Positions 47,822 through 51,433 of a stretch of DNA of 51,433 nucleotides are shown here, in pieces. A program made the position numbers and the translations under genes. This DNA is from Oscillospiraceae bacterium (GTDB taxonomy: Bacteria; Bacillota; Clostridia; Oscillospirales; Ruminococcaceae): positions 1 to 51,433 of the forward strand of contig JAIDPG010000234.1 in the NCBI GenBank assembly GCA_029062865.1. The letters are read 5' to 3'. The notes beneath the pieces are model-generated. The model was not told the DNA's origin. It saw only the letters and a program-made list of their open reading frames with translations, and did not search any database. Position 1 is the first letter of the stretch. Each line of letters starts with the position of its first letter.

Positions 47822-48877
47822 ATGTCTAATTTTGAAAAAGCTTTTATGCGCCCGAATCTTACGAATATCGGCACAGTTCCCGCTACAGGAACACTTTCGT
47901 CCTGCCCGGACATCTGGGTAAGCGGAACCTCACCTTTGGCGGATTATCAAACTGTTCTTGCGTCTGAGGAAAAATACGCAACGGAATGTTCGGGCGGAGT
48001 TACCGCCGGAATGTCAAATTATATTTATGTCAGGGCAAAAAACGGAGGGGCTGAAAGTATTACCCGAAATGTATCTCTTTATTATGCACAATCCGATGCC
48101 ATACAATGGCCGAGCCTATGGAAAGATAACCGAATAGGCACGGATATTAGTCCGTCGGGTAAGGGAATGCTCAAAAATATGGCTCCCGGTGAAATCAAGG
48201 TATGCGATAGACCTTTTGTATGGACAAATACGCCTAAGCCGGATAATGGTACGCACTTTTGTCTGATTGCACAGATTAATGACGATGCAAATTCAAATCC
48301 TTTTCCTGAGGTATCATCCTCTCTTGACATGGCGGACCTCGTAGCTAATAATTTGCAGTGGGGATGGAGAAATATTCAGACCTTTGATTGTGGTAGCAAA
48401 ATTGAAAGTTCATACACAATTAATCTTACAGTTCCAGCTGATATATCAGATGATATCTGCGAATTTAGCTGTGAGATTGCTCCAGAAAAGCTTTCAGGAT
48501 TTCAGGTAGGATTTTCATGTAGTCAGCCAGACAGTAAGGGAAATCCCATATTTCTTGATAAAACAAATATAGTTCAGGACAGCGGTCAGATATTAGGTTG
48601 CAGATGCTTTCTTAAACCGGGATATAATGCTCTTGTAACAGTATATCTTTACAATGATAATAAAAAATCTGTTCCAAAAGGAGCAAGTTTTCCATTCGAG
48701 CCATTTTTGGTTACAACCAATCAGATTCTTAAAAAGACAGGACTTCTTCATTTATCAACCCCTGAAACGCAGTTCAGAGAAAGAATGCTTCTTGCTCGTG
48801 ATAATGAATACTCTGTATCGAACTGGGGTATGAGAGCACTTGTAAAAATGGGCAGTTATACCGGTTTATTTGTTTGA
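47822..48877 (+). CDS. Hypothetical 351-aa beta-sandwich protein with an SPDIW/NYIYVR/HxCLIA/NNxxWRN-type domain
   Basis: RBS GAAAGGA; motifs SCPDIW, NYIYVRAKN, LYY..WP..W, HFCLIA, NNLQWGWRN. Confidence 0.82.
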   Translation: MSNFEKAFMRPNLTNIGTVPATGTLSSCPDIWVSGTSPLADYQTVLASEEKYATECSGGVTAGMSNYIYVRAKNGGAESITRNVSLYYAQSDAIQWPSLWKDNRIGTDISPSGKGMLKNMAPGEIKVCDRPFVWTNTPKPDNGTHFCLIAQINDDANSNPFPEVSSSLDMADLVANNLQWGWRNIQTFDCGSKIESSYTINLTVPADISDDICEFSCEIAPEKLSGFQVGFSCSQPDSKGNPIFLDKTNIVQDSGQILGCRCFLKPGYNALVTVYLYNDNKKSVPKGASFPFEPFLVTTNQILKKTGLLHLSTPETQFRERMLLARDNEYSVSNWGMRALVKMGSYTGLFV

Positions 48878-48940
48878 TATAATTTAAATCAAGTACTTAA
48901 AATTTTGTCATTTTTTTTATTGCCACGATACACATTATTT

Positions 48941-48973
48941 AAAAAACCTCACAGCAAAGCTGTGAGGTTTTTT
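48941..48973. terminator. Bidirectional terminator
   Basis: aaaaaacctcacagc/gctgtgaggtttttt. Confidence 0.8.
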
Positions 48974-49091
48974 AAAGTGGCAAAAGGATTCTCAATGCAA
49001 AGATGCGATAGGAACCATCCAATCGGCAGTTTAAATTCCGCACACATTGCCGCACTTGCTCTTGTCAAGAGAATCGTTAGTTTAAAACTCA

Positions 49092-49496
49092 TTAAAAAAA
49101 TGCGTACCGGAGTAAAACTGTTGCTTTCAAGATTGCTGTCCACTCGTCATTTACGACGATAAAGTGAATGTCATATTTCTCAAGCATCACTTCGGTATAG
49201 TAACCGACTTTCAGATAATCACGTCCGAAACGCGACATATCTTTTACAATCACCGTGCCGACTTTTCCTGCTTCAACATCGGATATCATATTTTGAAATC
49301 CTTCGCGATCAAAGGTGGTGCCGCTGATCCCGTCGTCAACATAAAATTGACAATTTGTATAACCATTTTTCTCGGCATACTCCGAAAGAGTTTGCTTCTG
49401 ATTTTTAATGCTGTTGGAGTCGCCCTACAACATATCATCGTGGCTAAAACGGCATTAGAGAGCCGTGATCTTATTTTCATTTGACTGTCTTTTCAC
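49092..49496 (-). pseudogene. TnpX-like large serine recombinase, N-terminal remnant
   Basis: KITAL*CRFSHDD..*GDSNSIKNQK, YVDDGISGTTFDR and IVKDMSRFGRDY, with in-frame stops and truncation. Confidence 0.85.
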
Positions 49497-49526
49497 TGTA
49501 ACCTAACTTTCCGACAGTCGGAACAC

Positions 49527-49769
49527 TATAATAATTATACCATAAGCGTTCCGATTTGTATTAAGCCGCGAAATTTTTTCGCTTTCTTCAACTTCGTTCA
49601 GCGCTAAACGCTCGACAATATGTTCAAGGTCTTTGGATGAATTATCTGCGAAAATTGATTTAACGATATAGGTCGTCTTTCCGAAATTGTATTCAGACGG
49701 CGTACTGCTTGCCGTTGCTACGGCGGTCGTTGACTGTACATTTCAGCTGAAACTTGTTTCTGCGAACAT
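49527..49769 (-). pseudogene. TnpW-like transposon-encoded protein with an early stop
   Basis: RBS AAAGGAG, ATG49769, TGA at codon 9, then FGKTTYIVKSIF...LEHIVERL directly upstream of the recombinase. Confidence 0.55.
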
Positions 49770-49779
49770 TCTTCTCCTT

Positions 49780-50720
49780 TCCGTCGATTTTTCAACTGTT
49801 TATCTTCGTGGACGTGTCTGCGGCTCGTCCTTTTCCTTTGTTGTTCGATTAACTTGCTAATATAATCGCCTTGCGAGATTTCTTTGTATGTAGTTGTGAT
49901 ATCGGAGTACTCTTTTAAAAGCGAAGCGCACTTATTATGTGCTTCGATCGGTGCAGATTTTTTCTCGACATCAGCGATAACCACCTTGAGGTAGTCTAAG
50001 TCCGAACGGCTCTCATTTTTTTCTGGGCGAGGGTTTCCCTGTGCATTCCACACAAAGCTGTTCCTCTGCCGTGAGCGAGGGCTTGTCCATAGGCGTGAAA
50101 TATTCCTCCGGCTGTGTCGCAAGACTCTTTAATAAATTGCACTTTGTTTTCATACTGTTTACCTCCTGTCTGGATTTCTCTAATTCAAATTTAATTTGTT
50201 CTATTTTACCGTCAACCTCTCCAATACTCTGTAAGCGGTCACGATCTATCACGGTAAGCAAAATTCCAAGTTGTTCAAGTGACGGATGGGAAGCGTTGAC
50301 CTCTTGAATATTGTTGATAGTTTCCGAATACTTGTCACGGAGTGCCGACCTTTCACACGGATTGTTTAATCCTGCTTCGACATCACGCCACAAAATTCTT
50401 GAAGCAAGTTGCTCGACCGTGTAGTCTCACCAAGAGTTTTCAAGCGCACTGCTCGCTGCTGATCGGGAGCTTTGATCGAAATATATTTTCCGCGCCGTAT
50501 TGTGTAGCCGAGCATTTCCAACTCGGCAAGCAGCTCGTCAACATTCTTGACCTTGAGTATCAGTCCGTCAATCTCAAGACGTTTTTTTGTTTCCAGGAGG
50601 TGCCGCGTTGCTTATGCTCCCATTCATTATAATCAATGCCCCGACCTGCCCTGCGTTCCGTATCAATCGGTTTAATTCCAAACGCACGACATACTCTGTC
50701 GGAGTGTTTCGCGGATTTGT
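49780..50720 (-). pseudogene. Relaxase/mobilisation protein fragments
   Basis: SDRVCRAFGI...YNEWEHKQRGTSWKQK and coiled-coil pieces spread over several frames. Confidence 0.6.
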
Positions 50721-50749
50721 TTAAGGGTAGCCTGATTGTCATTAAACTT

Positions 50750-51162
50750 CTGATCGTCGATTCCGTTTAACCCTTCAATAGATAATGTTTTATCGTGCAG
50801 GATATATTGAAGCGTGGGGAAGGGGTATTCAGAAAATTTATGAGTCTTGTAATGAGTTTGGCTCGCCTGTTCCAGAATATAAGAAGCTGGGTGATGATCT
50901 GACTGTCAAGTTTGTTGCTGCAAAAGTTGAACATTCACAAAGCTCCAAAAATCCAAAGCATCAAAATGAGGCTTTAGATGAAGCTTTGGAAGATAGAATC
51001 ATAGCGGAAATAAAAAATGATCCAAGTGTGAAGCAGGATGACTTGCTAAAAAAGCTGAACGTTTCAAGAGCGTCCGTTCAGAGGTCAATGAAAAATTTGC
51101 AGACAAGCGGTCGCATACAGCGCGTGGGTGGCAAGCGTTTTGGGTATTGGGAGATTTTATAA
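50750..51162 (+). pseudogene. C-terminal fragment of an ATP-binding (RecG_C/HATPase_c_4-like) plus HTH protein
   Basis: SIPFNP...FYRAGYIEAWGRGI and a C-terminal HTH ending RVGGKRFGYWEI; the N-terminus is missing. Confidence 0.7.
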
Positions 51163-51210
51163 AACATTGATAGTAGTTTAGTAAAATCAAAATTATGGTT
51201 ATAGGGTGGG

Positions 51211-51249
51211 ATCACCTCTCAAAGTTATCTTTGGGAGGTGATTTTTTTT
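51211..51249 (+). terminator. Intrinsic terminator
   Basis: atcacctctcaaag/ctttgggaggtgat followed by a T tract. Confidence 0.75.
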
Positions 51250-51433
51250 GCAGCAATGGATTTGAGATGTTTATAACCAACAAAGGGAGATACTTTCTTT
51301 TATGGTATACCTGTTTGTAAGTTCACGCGGTTAGTTAAAACTAACTAGTGGCGATGCGCAAGGCTTTCATTACCTCGCCCACCTCAGACATATTAAAATA
51401 GGTTATATGCCCATCGAGGGACATACGCTTAAT

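Larger units (their letters stand above)
42911..51433. mobile_element. AT-rich decayed genomic island next to tRNA-Leu
   Basis: Visible GC drop after the tRNA; IS110, serine recombinase, TnpW and relaxase remnants. The right boundary is not seen in the window. Confidence 0.65.

Noticed and set aside
1-51433. CRISPR array or cas genes
   Set aside because: No regularly spaced identical repeats with unique spacers and no cas motifs seen.

Overview
Chromosomal window from a Bacillota genome, probably Oscillospiraceae/Ruminococcaceae-like (inferred from gene families and sigmaA-type promoters). It has five blocks. (1) 0.7-4.1 kb: a frameshifted HTH regulator followed by an operon encoding an arginase-fold metallohydrolase, a signal-less 485-aa protein with MACPF/CDC-like motifs and an 88-aa beta-rich protein. 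This is my best candidate for an undescribed pore-forming or defence system. (2) 4.2-15.9 kb: an Agr-like GHKL/LytTR locus with duplicated LytTR-box promoters and a hidden 15-aa peptide ORF. Two ECF sigma remnants bracket a cassette of secreted proteins, variable lipoproteins and an ABC transporter, which has a duplicated ECF-like promoter. (3) 16-24 kb: a deletion-collapsed metN/metI/FAD-oxidase/aminotransferase chimera, a YtrA-type GntR ABC operon with a membrane serine hydrolase, and a dead Ser/Thr kinase. (4) 24-42.7 kb: a signalling-dense core with two hybrid kinases, a GHKL kinase fused to an RsiV-like domain, an orphan CheY, and an OmpR pair with an ABC exporter. (5) After tRNA-Leu(TAA) at 42824-42910: an AT-rich island with two large intact unknown genes (1175 and 351 aa). 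Between them lies an IS110 remnant that keeps a structured, bridge-RNA-like leader. Decayed TnpX/TnpW/relaxase genes follow. All family calls come from recognising motifs by eye; no database searches were run.
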